From Candidatus Adlerbacteria bacterium (lineage in GTDB: Bacteria; Patescibacteriota; Minisyncoccia; Phycocordibacterales; SBAW01), in assembly GCA_903851045.1 (NCBI GenBank), contig CAINNF010000018.1, forward strand, positions 69,925 to 121,959: a DNA stretch of 52,035 nt. Direction: 5' to 3'. The notes below the pieces were generated by a model. The model searched no databases, had not been told where the DNA came from, and worked only from the letters and a program-made list of their open reading frames with translations. Both the position numbers and the translations under genes were made by a program. How positions within the stretch are numbered: the stretch's first letter is position 1; every line of letters starts with the position of its first letter. This document shows, piece by piece, positions 38,912 to 48,602 of the stretch.

Positions 38912-39457
38912 TTACCTCGCACTTTTTGTGCGAGCACTGGCTGTTCGCACCACGAACCGCCACAGTCGCCGTGCGCACGCACCCGCATACTCGACACCAA
39001 CACGCGGTGTCACCTGTATGTCTTGTGCAGCAACGACGACTCCACGGTCTTCGAACCACAGACCGACCTCCTTCCCCAGCGGCTGCCCACTGAGTCCCCG
39101 GTCGACCGCAAGCGCCTTCGTGAGCCGCGCAGGGCCAACGATGTTGCCCGCACCACGGATAAGCACTGCCGACGGCATACCCTCGGCCTGACACGCGACA
39201 TTGAGCATGTGGTGCATCCCGTAGGTAAAGTACACGTAGGTGGTGCTGGGCGGGCCGAACATGGGCGCGGTGCGAGCCGTCTTCCCGAACCGGGCATGCG
39301 ATGCACGATCTTCGGCCCCCGCGTACGCCTCGGTCTCGGTGATCATCAACGAGACCTCGTGCCCCTCCACCATGCGCACCACGAACATACCCAGAAGTGC
39401 GCGAGCGACCACCGCCGGGTCTCGATCAAAAAATGCCGACTCAAGCACGGTGCGCAT
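38912..39457 (-). CDS. mpg: DNA-3-methyladenine glycosylase (MPG/AAG family)
   Basis: ARALLG, ITETEAY, D.ASHA, YVYFTYGMH..LN, AVLIRG, GPARL, TPRVGV. Confidence 0.93.
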   Translation of the reverse strand: MRTVLESAFFDRDPAVVARALLGMFVVRMVEGHEVSLMITETEAYAGAEDRASHARFGKTARTAPMFGPPSTTYVYFTYGMHHMLNVACQAEGMPSAVLIRGAGNIVGPARLTKALAVDRGLSGQPLGKEVGLWFEDRGVVVAAQDIQVTPRVGVEYAGACARRLWRFVVRTASARTKSAR

Positions 39458-39542
39458 GACCGGATTGTACCAAAAACGCCCCACCCGAATAGCGCACATT
39501 GCCGCCCCTTTTCTTTTCTGTTAGGATGTGTTGGTGCTACTA

Positions 39543-39614
39543 GGCCCTATCGTCTAACGGTTAGGACAGCGCCCTCTCACGGCGTAAATTGGGGTTCGAT
39601 TCCCCATAGGGTCA
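39543..39614 (+). tRNA. tRNA-Glu(CTC); integration target
   Basis: GGCCCTATCGTCTAACGGTTAGGACA-GCGCC-CTCTCAC-GGCGT-AAAT-TGGGGTTCGATTCCCCA-TAGGGTCA. Confidence 0.95.
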
Positions 39615-41290
39615 CAAGTTGGAGAAAATCTCTCCTCAAGTGCTTTGAAAGCGTTTTTACATTGGAAACTCAAGGTTTTTTGAGAGAGGGTGAGTTCTGA
39701 AAAGATTCCCCGAACGATAATCTCCTTTTCTGCTGATTCGGCTAAATCATAAACAACCGCAACGTCATTTAGAAGTTCTGAAAGTCTGATTGCTTCTTTA
39801 ACAATTTGTGACATTGAAGCGTCAGATGCAGCTTCTTGCGATTGAAGTTGGTTGAGTTCTGCCGTTAGCTTTGCTTCTTCTGCGAGCAGCGCTTCTGGCG
39901 TGTACGCGCCACTGCGCAGCAACATGAGCTTGTTTGTACCGATGTATGCCAAATCCTCACGCACCTTGCGTTTGCGACGATCGATCCGGTCCAATTCCAC
40001 CTGTCGCTTGTTGTCGAGGACTGCGATGTCAGTTGAGGTACGAGCATCAATCTCTGCTTTTTCATCCTCAGTGAACACGAGTTGTTTAATAACGTTACCT
40101 ATGGCTTTCTCAAGTTCGTCAGCCCTCACACTCTTTAACTTGTTTGGGCAGTCTTTTGTGCATCGAGAGTAAAGGTAGTGAATGCCTTTCTTGGTGTAAG
40201 GCGTGTAGATGCGACCGCATTCGCACCGCACGAGTCCCCGGTGAGCGAGCGGCACCTTATCAGGATAGTGAATGCTTACGTTGTGTTTGCTAAGTGCTAA
40301 TTGCACTTTCTCAAACAATACAGGGTCGACGAGCGCCTCGTGCGAGGTGCTGGGCACCCAGTCATGGTTATTGCCGTGAGTGAGTCCGATGTAAAATCTA
40401 TTCGTGAGAATTTTGTGTACGCCATTGAAAGTAACCGGCCGGGCGACCTTGGGCGTGTTTTTAAAATACTCGTCCTCATCATCCTCATCCATCAGCATTT
40501 CGTTTTGTGAGCGCTTGCGGCGCTGCGGTTGCATTGTGAAGCCCTGTTCATTGGCCCACCTTGCAAGATCAGACAAGCTCCAGTCGCCGGTAGCTGCAAG
40601 TTCAAACATTCGTTTGATGATAGGAGCTCTCTCAGGATCTAACGGCTTCCAATCCATGTTGCCTTCGTTGAGGTAGCCCACCGGAGCGCGGTTTGTCACT
40701 TTGCCTTGCTCTCGCACTTCATGGATGGTTTCCGTAACTTTTTCACTTGTGTTTTCGGCATGGTGCTGTGCAAACATCTGGTCTGCATTCATGTGCATAG
40801 AGCCAGATGCATTTTTCTCATACTTAGCCCAAACAAAGCGCACATCTATTCCTTGTCGAATGAGTTTTTTGACCAAGGCTCCGTCGGTGCTATTTCGACT
40901 GATGCGATCGTAGCAAAGGACGATGACTCCCTTAAATAGACCGCGTGAAAGGTATCCGATCAAGCGTCGAAATTTGGGGCGGCTAATACTTACCGTTACA
41001 AGACCATTGCTCCCAACCACAAACTCATCATCTTCCTCAAACCCCGAGTGCTTTTCAGAGATAATACCGTCAGTACAAAAACCCGCGATAGTGATCGCAG
41101 CAACCGATAAATGATGTTGGCGAGCGTATGAAATGTTCTGCTTTTTTTGAAAGCCGAGCGAGTTCTTTTGGTTGTTAGGATCTTTGTCCGAACGGCGGCC
41201 ATACGCAAGATAACTATCTCGATACTTACCCGACACGATGTCTTTCTCGAGCTTCGTAAAATCTGTTTTCTGTGTAGTTTTACTTTCCAT
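39554..41290 (-). CDS. large serine recombinase/integrase; 3' end reads through antisense tRNA-Glu
   Basis: YGRRS catalytic motif, DRISR, APVGYLN recombinase domain, IL.N.FY.G, HEALV, CECG..C..C zinc ribbon, coiled coil; last residues (CDPMGNRTP..) are encoded by the tRNA antisense. Confidence 0.92.
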   Translation of the reverse strand: MESKTTQKTDFTKLEKDIVSGKYRDSYLAYGRRSDKDPNNQKNSLGFQKKQNISYARQHHLSVAAITIAGFCTDGIISEKHSGFEEDDEFVVGSNGLVTVSISRPKFRRLIGYLSRGLFKGVIVLCYDRISRNSTDGALVKKLIRQGIDVRFVWAKYEKNASGSMHMNADQMFAQHHAENTSEKVTETIHEVREQGKVTNRAPVGYLNEGNMDWKPLDPERAPIIKRMFELAATGDWSLSDLARWANEQGFTMQPQRRKRSQNEMLMDEDDEDEYFKNTPKVARPVTFNGVHKILTNRFYIGLTHGNNHDWVPSTSHEALVDPVLFEKVQLALSKHNVSIHYPDKVPLAHRGLVRCECGRIYTPYTKKGIHYLYSRCTKDCPNKLKSVRADELEKAIGNVIKQLVFTEDEKAEIDARTSTDIAVLDNKRQVELDRIDRRKRKVREDLAYIGTNKLMLLRSGAYTPEALLAEEAKLTAELNQLQSQEAASDASMSQIVKEAIRLSELLNDVAVVYDLAESAEKEIIVRGIFSELTLSQKTLSFQCKNAFKALEERFSPTCDPMGNRTPIYAVRGRCPNR

Positions 41291-41483
41291 GTTTTTTGTC
41301 TTGCCATCTGCCTTGTGCAATGAGTCGGATGCGCATGCGGCGTAGCGCTTCACCTAATTCTACTATCTCCCGAATGTCTTCATCAGTAAAGTCGATTTTG
41401 CCCGTTTCCACGACCTTTTTAGGGTCATAGTTTTTGGGTATTGCAACGATAGCCCTTTCTCCATGGCGCGTTGCTTTAGCCAT
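41280..41483 (-). CDS. small hypothetical protein coupled to the recombinase
   Basis: 67 aa; overlaps the upstream gene by 8 nt and the recombinase start by 11 nt. Confidence 0.65.
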   Translation of the reverse strand: MAKATRHGERAIVAIPKNYDPKKVVETGKIDFTDEDIREIVELGEALRRMRIRLIAQGRWQDKKHGK

Positions 41484-42027
41484 GGTAGTTCTTCGGGATC
41501 GAGAATTTTTTAACTAGCTCATCTCGTCCGTCTCTAAGTTCTTTTGGTAACGCGCCAGTCTGAATGACTGAATTTTTGTTTGTATTCTTTGTAGTACTCT
41601 CTGTAGTAGTATGTTCAAACGCCCGAACTTGTTGGTCATTTTCAGCAAACTGGTTTGCTGAATTCTGCAAACTACTAGGTTGTTTTATTCGCTCGAGCAG
41701 CTTTACCAGCTGATCAGCATGTATGCGAAAGTACCGCTTGCACGGTATCCCTTTTCGTTTAACTTCAAGTACACCGAGCTTCTTCCAAATCTTGATTGCG
41801 CGATCCTGCTCGGAGCGATTTAGATGTATCTCTTTATGAAAATCTTTAATTGTTTTATAGACCCATCCTTCCCACGCCCCTTTGCCGTCCCAGTAAAGCA
41901 GTTGTGAGAGAAATAAACCTGCTCCTGCGCTGTTGGCTAATTGCGCGAGTGCTCGGTTGAATACGACCGGTTTTGCTCCAACAATTTCAAGGAGTTGAGA
42001 ATTAAGATTTTTGCGGGTGCCTTTCAC
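41476..42027 (-). CDS. phage-replication-initiator-like HTH protein
   Basis: AGLFLSQLLYW..G....WVYKT..., HTH-like helix, G.P.KRYFRI, Thr-rich TTESTTKNT linker. Confidence 0.7.
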   Translation of the reverse strand: MKGTRKNLNSQLLEIVGAKPVVFNRALAQLANSAGAGLFLSQLLYWDGKGAWEGWVYKTIKDFHKEIHLNRSEQDRAIKIWKKLGVLEVKRKGIPCKRYFRIHADQLVKLLERIKQPSSLQNSANQFAENDQQVRAFEHTTTESTTKNTNKNSVIQTGALPKELRDGRDELVKKFSIPKNYHG

Positions 42028-42152
42028 CCTTTATTTGTCCCTCGACACCCCCTCTCCCTTGCACTACCTTTTTGGGTTGGAGTGACAACATAAAAAAGCG
42101 ATAAAAATTGCAGTGGAGCTCTTCACTGTCAACAGGGCAATGATCCAATGAC

Positions 42153-42863
42153 CTACAAGGTATCCCTCGTAGGTTCTATTATCCGCACGTTATCGATGAA
42201 GTACCCGGTGCCACTCCGATCATTTTGAACAATCGACGAGCGTGGAATGTTAAATTTTTTCTCGACCTGAGTACGTATCTCCTCGACGGCTCCGCGCACA
42301 TCCTCAGTCGTGATATTTTCGTCTCTCGTGTTTAGAAAATCTACAAGATTCTGGGTACTTACCGGTTTTTTCTTTTCGGCGAGATATTGCAAGAGCTTAT
42401 AGCGGCGCGCATGCATTCGCATCACGTAGGGCTTCTTGGTACTACCCTCAAGTGTGAGTGCAGCCTCATGTTTCGCTGGATACGATAAAACAAATTGGTA
42501 GTGCTCGGTTGAGGCGCGCAGTTGTTGCTCCATGTCGAGTACGTAACGTGCTAACGCTGCTCTGTCTTCGAGCACTACTGTGTAGCCGGTTGGCACATGC
42601 GGCCAATGTCGCGGATCGGTATCCATCACGCTCTGTGGTTGTTGTACGGTCATCAAATTAAACTCAAAGTCCGGTCTCAGATCGTCTGCCATTTTTTGCA
42701 ATGCTCGTCGTAGTGCGTCCGAATCCCTAAGCAGCAAATCGGCCGCAAGTTCGTCGAATTTAATCGAGACACGAAGAATGTTCGGCTGTTTTTTGTACCG
42801 CTGCTGGATAAAGGTCGCCAGTCGCAATCGCCGTTCCAAAGATGGGTCTTTTACCGCCGTCAT
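42153..42863 (-). CDS. hypothetical protein with C-terminal winged-helix-like domain
   Basis: RYKLLQYLA..K.PVST..L...VRGAVEEIR...IVQN..GTGY. Confidence 0.65.
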   Translation of the reverse strand: MTAVKDPSLERRLRLATFIQQRYKKQPNILRVSIKFDELAADLLLRDSDALRRALQKMADDLRPDFEFNLMTVQQPQSVMDTDPRHWPHVPTGYTVVLEDRAALARYVLDMEQQLRASTEHYQFVLSYPAKHEAALTLEGSTKKPYVMRMHARRYKLLQYLAEKKKPVSTQNLVDFLNTRDENITTEDVRGAVEEIRTQVEKKFNIPRSSIVQNDRSGTGYFIDNVRIIEPTRDTL

Positions 42864-42938
42864 CGCTTCATTCTAGGCCCTACTGCCGCCAGTAGCAAAG
42901 CAGTGGTAATAGGTGTCTGCCGATGGTAAAGTTGGGGA

Positions 42939-43118
42939 ACAATTCAATAAAAAGTGCCTAACCTCTAGCTATTTGCTAGGGCAAGGCAGTCAAGCCTCAA
43001 CGAAGACACTGAACCTCACGTTCAGCCACTCTTCGTTGAGCCATATCTGGAAACGGGTATGGGGCCGCAAGGCCCGGCTGGCGTGGGGTTCTGTGTCTTT
43101 TACCCCACGCCGGTTTAT
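42939..43118 (+). ncRNA. candidate structured RNA or cis-regulatory leader
   Basis: Five consecutive hairpins including GAAA and GCAA tetraloops, preceded by TGgTAAAGT and ending in a terminator-like stem. Confidence 0.5.
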
Positions 43119-43137
43119 TAACCTAAGCGCGGAAATC

Positions 43138-43563
43138 ATGGACAATACACACATTTGGGACAAGGTGCTTGGTTCGGGTGAAGCGGCACAGTACGAGTTT
43201 TCAGTCGGCAATAGGTACCGTTCCGTTGCATGCATTTTATGGTGCGTTTTAACTTTTTTTATCGGTACTCCAATAGCGATTTTTTATTACCTCTTTTATC
43301 TTCCACGTGCGAGGGTGTACGCATTCACCGATCACCGTGTTCTGATTCATACCGGCTGGCTCTCCACCAAACTAGTTTCTACTGACTACCAGAAAATTAC
43401 CGACGTGACCGTAAAAGAACCGTTTTTCCAACGGCTCTTTTTCGGGACCGGTACGATCGAGATAGATACCGCAGGCACTAATCGGAAGGACGTGATCCTT
43501 TCGCATATAGAGCGTCCGTATGAGATCAAGAAGAAGCTCGATGAGCTGCGTAAACATCACTAA
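43138..43563 (+). CDS. bacterial PH (bPH_2) domain membrane protein
   Basis: TM hairpin then Y.FTD.RVLI.TG.LS...KI.DV.V......RLFFG.GTI.I.TAG. Confidence 0.85.
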   Translation: MDNTHIWDKVLGSGEAAQYEFSVGNRYRSVACILWCVLTFFIGTPIAIFYYLFYLPRARVYAFTDHRVLIHTGWLSTKLVSTDYQKITDVTVKEPFFQRLFFGTGTIEIDTAGTNRKDVILSHIERPYEIKKKLDELRKHH

Positions 43564-43566
43564 GCA

Positions 43567-43764
43567 ATGCTTCCCACAACGTTTAGCCCTGTGCCATTTC
43601 GAGCAAAGAAGCTTCGCCGGCTGTACAAGGAGTCGACCGGCATAGAGCTTTCCCCGAAGGACACCCATGTATTGTGGCTTTGCATCGTGCGGACTCAGCA
43701 CGCGCTGTGGCGCGCAGAGAATCGTGCCTATTTGCCTAGGCAAAAGAGACTTTTTCGACTATAG
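43567..43764 (+). CDS. small hypothetical protein
   Basis: 65 aa ORF starting 3 nt after the previous stop; 'LRRLYKESTGIELS' helical motif. Confidence 0.45.
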   Translation: MLPTTFSPVPFRAKKLRRLYKESTGIELSPKDTHVLWLCIVRTQHALWRAENRAYLPRQKRLFRL

Positions 43765-44024
43765 GAAAATCGGAGAGAATCGGAATCTCCTTTTGGAAAA
43801 AATCGTTATTACTCAAGGTTTTATTGAAATATCCGACTATCCGATTCCGATCGGTGCCGAACATTGGCCTTACCTTCGCGACACGGCGTCGAAGCCTCGC
43901 TAGTGGCAACACTTTCCTTACTGTGGTCGGACCTGCGCACACGTGGGCATTTAGGCCTAAATTACGCGGCCCAAGAAACTTACTCTGCCCATTTTTGGTG
44001 ATTTAGCAGTATAATGCCACAACT

Positions 44025-45713
44025 ATGGCAGCAAAGGACGATAAGCTAATTCTCGATAAACGTCTAGAGGAGCAACGCGCTGCGGTGGCCAATACCATGT
44101 CGGAGTCGGAGTATTTTGAGGTTTTCACTGCCGAACAGATACTCAAAGATTTCGACCTATCATACGAAGAAATACAATCCGGTATTGTTGACGGGAGCCG
44201 CGATGGTGGTATCGACAGCGCCTACGTCTTCGTTAATGGTGACCTTGTGCAAGAAGATAGCGACCACTCAACCGTATTGAAAGATGTGGTTATAGATCTT
44301 GTCATCATTCAGTCAAAGTCAGCCGAAGGATTTGAAGAAACGGCAATCCAAAAAATTACCTCCGCGACAACCGATCTTTTTGACACATCCCACACTCTTT
44401 CAAGCTATAAAGGCACCTACAACGAAGGGCTGCTACGCATCGCTCAACTATTTCAAGCCACTTATCAAAATCTTGCCGGGCGCCTACCGCGCCTTCGCGT
44501 CACATATCACTACGCTACTAAAGGCGATAGCGTACACCCTAATGTCTCAGATAAAGCCAAGGTGCTCGAGCAAACAATCAAAGACTTGTTTTCCTCCGTC
44601 GAGGTCAGCGTGAATTTCCATACCGCACGAGCTTTGATAGATCTCGCTAGACGCACACCAAAGTCTACACGTCAGATAGTTGTTACAGAGTCCATTTCCG
44701 CCGCCAAAGGCACAGCTTTTATTGCTCTCGCAAAACTCAAAGACTTTTATACTTTTATTCTCGATGATGGTGGGAAGCTTGCGTCACACATCTTTGAGGC
44801 GAACGTGCGCGATTACTTGGGAGATGCTGCGGTCAACGAAGGGATACGTCAGACATTGAGTGCCCCGCAGACCGAAGACTTTTGGTGGTTAAACAATGGA
44901 GTGACCATCTTGTCCTCACAAGTTACGCTTAGCGGCAAGACACTTACCATAGAGAACCCTGAGATAGTGAATGGTCTTCAAACTTCTCGTGAGATATTCG
45001 ATTTCTTTAACAGTGGTGGTGGGCCGGCCGACGAGCGAGATGTCCTCATTCGGGTAGTTGTTCCAACAGCTGCTGAAAGTCGCTACAACATCATTCGTGC
45101 GACGAATAGTCAGACCGCCATCTCGCCTGCGTCGTTGCGCGCCACCGATCCGATTCAGCGCGATATAGATGAATACCTGCGCGCTTTCAACATTTTCTAC
45201 GATAGGCGTAAGAACTACTACAAGAACCAAGGTAAGCCTATAAAGAGCATTGTGGGTATTCCTCAACTCGCTCAAGCGGTCGAGGCAATAGTTTTGCAAC
45301 AACCCAATACTGCCCGTGCTCGCCCGTCGTCTTTAATAAAACAGCAGGAAGATTACGAAAAGCTCTTTACCTCGAACTACCCGATTGAGGTCTACCGCGC
45401 CTGCGTTGATATTATAAAGGCCACCGAAGCTTTTCTGGCCAATCACCCTGATGAAATGGACTCTGTTGAGAAAAACGATCTCAAATACTACGTGGCAATG
45501 ATCACAACAACGATCCTGCTCAAGACGGTTAATCCTACCCCTGTGCAAGTTGCTACTCTAGCCGGGACTAGCATCAGTGAAATAGCACTTGAACAGGCCT
45601 ACAAAACAGCAAAGGAAAAATATAAGAATCTTGGCGGCGACGATACTGTAGCAAAAGGCCCACAAATGCTGGCTGAGGTAGTCTCTGTATTAACTCAGGG
45701 TTCTCTTTTTTAG
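44025..45713 (+). CDS. AIPR family protein (abortive infection phage resistance)
   Basis: DGGIDS..IIQSK N-domain; FEANVRDYLG, WLNNGVTI, IVNGLQTS, ATNSQ. Confidence 0.9.
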   Translation: MAAKDDKLILDKRLEEQRAAVANTMSESEYFEVFTAEQILKDFDLSYEEIQSGIVDGSRDGGIDSAYVFVNGDLVQEDSDHSTVLKDVVIDLVIIQSKSAEGFEETAIQKITSATTDLFDTSHTLSSYKGTYNEGLLRIAQLFQATYQNLAGRLPRLRVTYHYATKGDSVHPNVSDKAKVLEQTIKDLFSSVEVSVNFHTARALIDLARRTPKSTRQIVVTESISAAKGTAFIALAKLKDFYTFILDDGGKLASHIFEANVRDYLGDAAVNEGIRQTLSAPQTEDFWWLNNGVTILSSQVTLSGKTLTIENPEIVNGLQTSREIFDFFNSGGGPADERDVLIRVVVPTAAESRYNIIRATNSQTAISPASLRATDPIQRDIDEYLRAFNIFYDRRKNYYKNQGKPIKSIVGIPQLAQAVEAIVLQQPNTARARPSSLIKQQEDYEKLFTSNYPIEVYRACVDIIKATEAFLANHPDEMDSVEKNDLKYYVAMITTTILLKTVNPTPVQVATLAGTSISEIALEQAYKTAKEKYKNLGGDDTVAKGPQMLAEVVSVLTQGSLF

Positions 45714-45763
45714 AAACCGGACTGTATGGACCTGATGCGTTCCTATTGATATGCTTCGGGTTA

Positions 45764-46279
45764 ATGAAATACCACGTCCAGCCAGCATACGATTTCTACC
45801 GGAAATTCATCTACAACGAGGAGCTTCAAGCTTTGCTGCGCAAGCACCACAAGCATGTTGCCGGTAGTGTCCCATCAATTTATTGGGAGCTTTTCGGTGC
45901 TATTCTGACGGGAGACAAAGGTAAGGAGGGGTATGGTTCTGATCTTGAGCACCATGAGGTTAAGTCGTCAGTGCAAGGTGCAAGCTTTGAATACCAATAT
46001 CACTTGAATGCTGGCAAGCAGAAGCTCCTTGAAGACATTAACGTAGACCATGTTTTCGTATCCTACAGCCCCGACTACAAAGATATTGACGTGCGACTGG
46101 TTAAAGGATCGGCGCTTAAAGAGCGCTTCGACAGTTGGATGCCCGGTTTGATTGCAAACTACGAAGGAGAGACTCGTCGCCAGCGTTATCGCAAAAACAT
46201 ACCTTACGGAGTGGTCGCCCGGAGCGGCGAGCTCATGATGCAAGTGCGGCAGGGCGAATTAGTTGCTGTCGGCCGATAG
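45764..46279 (+). CDS. putative PD-(D/E)xK restriction endonuclease
   Basis: WELFG...GSDL..HEVKS spacing; convergent with and overlapping a C5 methyltransferase. Confidence 0.55.
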   Translation: MKYHVQPAYDFYRKFIYNEELQALLRKHHKHVAGSVPSIYWELFGAILTGDKGKEGYGSDLEHHEVKSSVQGASFEYQYHLNAGKQKLLEDINVDHVFVSYSPDYKDIDVRLVKGSALKERFDSWMPGLIANYEGETRRQRYRKNIPYGVVARSGELMMQVRQGELVAVGR

Positions 46280-47423
46280 GCTGCAATGGTAGCGAATTCA
46301 AATAGTGCAGCCCGATCCACTCCACTGCAGGCACGCAAACTGCGTCTCCGAAACCGAAAAGAACTTGGTTAAGAGAAAGGCTCGGATCAATTGCGAAGTC
46401 ATCTGCGCCCATTAACCTCGCCGCCTCGTTTCCATTGAATAACCGAGCGTTAAAAGTTCCTTTGCCTGCACGAAGTATGATTTGCCGTGCACTTCCTCCT
46501 TTCGGCGTTCTTAGGCAACCTGCAATTCCATCCGAACGAAGTTCGACTGTTGAGCGTTTTTCGCCGTCACGCATGCGCATTCGACGAAAAGCCGGGAAAT
46601 ACAGATAATCATCCTCTTTCATTGTTTTTCGCACGAGCTGACGATGCCGTTCATGCATCTGATTAAACAGGTAGTCGGTTCGCTCTTTGTCCCACCATTC
46701 TTCGCTTTGATCGATAATGTCTTCAAGGAGAATAGTTCTTTTAGGCAAATTTGGTAGCTGGTGAAAATACCAGCGCAGATCCGCATTCGTTTCGATGTAT
46801 TTGATGATTTTTTCCGAGCGTGCATCTGATGTCCGAAGCGCATACTCCTGTTCCATGCTACCCGTCGGAAGTGCCTGTACAATCGTGTCGTGCACTCCAA
46901 GTATAAAAAGGCGTACTCGACTCTGAGGTACGAAGTTAGCAGCGTCGAGTCGGAGCAAATCGATACTGTAACCTAAATCGTTTAGCGTACTCAAAACAGA
47001 CCTTAAATCTTTTCCATCATTTGATGTAAGTAGTCCTTCAACATTTTCAAGCAAGATAAGGGGCGGGTTTGCTTCACCATGCTCTTGCTTCATTTCTTTC
47101 ACTACCCGTACAAACTCCCAAAACGCTGAGGACTCTCCTTTGTTTATGCCGCCGCGCGCACCGGCTACAGAAAGATCAGTGCAAGGAAAGGATGCGTGCG
47201 CGAGGGTGACCTTTGGAACGTCAGAACCACGCGTCTTCGCTATATCTTGCGTAACGTAGTGGTCACTTTTAAAGTGATTTTCGTATGCACGTGCTTTTTC
47301 GGGAGCATAGTCGTACGCACGCACAGTACTCCAGCCGGCCCGCTCAAGCCCAAGAGTTACGAGTCCGATTCCAGCAAAAAAGTCAGCCACTGTTTTATGC
47401 TTGGAAGGATTGGTCTTTCGCAT
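46233..47423 (-). CDS. DNA (cytosine-5)-methyltransferase
   Basis: FFAGIG (I), FPC (IV), ENV (VI), QSRVR (VIII), RLMG and FGDAV (IX/X). Confidence 0.95.
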   Translation of the reverse strand: MRKTNPSKHKTVADFFAGIGLVTLGLERAGWSTVRAYDYAPEKARAYENHFKSDHYVTQDIAKTRGSDVPKVTLAHASFPCTDLSVAGARGGINKGESSAFWEFVRVVKEMKQEHGEANPPLILLENVEGLLTSNDGKDLRSVLSTLNDLGYSIDLLRLDAANFVPQSRVRLFILGVHDTIVQALPTGSMEQEYALRTSDARSEKIIKYIETNADLRWYFHQLPNLPKRTILLEDIIDQSEEWWDKERTDYLFNQMHERHRQLVRKTMKEDDYLYFPAFRRMRMRDGEKRSTVELRSDGIAGCLRTPKGGSARQIILRAGKGTFNARLFNGNEAARLMGADDFAIDPSLSLNQVLFGFGDAVCVPAVEWIGLHYLNSLPLQPIGRQQLIRPAALAS

Positions 47424-47525
47424 GTATCCATTGTACCAAGAACTGCCTGAAGCAAGAAAGAAGTGTATTTTCTACCTTTAGCTTCCCCTTGAAACCGGAT
47501 TGCGTTACAATCAGGGCACTTTTTT

Positions 47526-48602
47526 ATGCCCCCTCAAACTACCAACTACGAAATCGATTTTATGACAGTAGGCGCTGGCGAAAGAAGCGGCGACGCTATT
47601 GCACTGCGAGTCTGGGATAACACCGGGCAGCAGCAGGTTTTTGTAATTGATGGCGGTACCAAAGAGACGGGTAAACTACTCGTTCAACACATCCTCACTG
47701 TTTACGGTACAAATGTAGTGAACGCAGTCATTTCAACTCATCCTGACGGAGATCACGCTTCCGGACTCACTGAAGTACTCGAGAACTTGGACGTGAAGTT
47801 GCTCATGATGCATCAGCCATGGGATCATGCAGCCGACATAAAAGCTTCTTTTGAGAGCGACGGCCTTACTCATTTGGGCTTGCAACGAAAGATTAAAGCG
47901 GAATTGGGTTATGCCCACGAACTTAAAAAAATCGCTGACCGCAAGAAAATACCCATCGTTGAGCCGTTCGAAGGTGGCCAATGGAACGGCGGTCTTTTTC
48001 GAGTGCTCGGCCCCTCGCAAACGTATTACGAGTCACTTCTCCCACAATTCCGCGACATGCCGGAGACAAAGGAGCCGCTTGGTTTAATTCCCGGCTTGAT
48101 CAAGACGGCCACAGAGAAACTGGAAATGGTTGCCGAAGCCTTCAATATCGAAACACTTACGGACGGTAACGAGCACTTTAGTGCCGAGAACAACACGAGC
48201 ACCATCCTTCTCTTCAATCTCGGTCAAGACAAGGTACTTTTTACGGGCGATGCGGATGCCGATGCGCTTACGCTTGCAGCAGACTATGCGGCAGGCAATG
48301 GTATTTCGCTTACAGATCTCAAAATCCTGCAAGTGCCGCACCACGGTAGTAAGCAAAATGTTGGCCCGACCATACTCGATCGCATCAAAGCCCCGCACGC
48401 ACACATTTCCGTTTCCCCGGGCGCAGCGCCGAAACACCCGTCTAAGAAGGTAATAAATGCGCTCATACGCCGTGGCGCACGTGTTTTTACAAACAATGCT
48501 GGATTATCATCACCCGCATGCTACCGGAGCGCAGGTGTGCCTGCGCGGCCGGGATACACCGATATCTCAGCGCATCCTTTTTATAACGAGGTGGAAGTAT
48601 GA
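47526..48602 (+). CDS. MBL-fold (ComEC-like) metallo-hydrolase, soluble
   Basis: GDAI, VIDGG, THPDGDHASG, N.TS, FTGDA, VPHHGS, KHP; no TM or competence domain. Confidence 0.9.
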   Translation: MPPQTTNYEIDFMTVGAGERSGDAIALRVWDNTGQQQVFVIDGGTKETGKLLVQHILTVYGTNVVNAVISTHPDGDHASGLTEVLENLDVKLLMMHQPWDHAADIKASFESDGLTHLGLQRKIKAELGYAHELKKIADRKKIPIVEPFEGGQWNGGLFRVLGPSQTYYESLLPQFRDMPETKEPLGLIPGLIKTATEKLEMVAEAFNIETLTDGNEHFSAENNTSTILLFNLGQDKVLFTGDADADALTLAADYAAGNGISLTDLKILQVPHHGSKQNVGPTILDRIKAPHAHISVSPGAAPKHPSKKVINALIRRGARVFTNNAGLSSPACYRSAGVPARPGYTDISAHPFYNEVEV

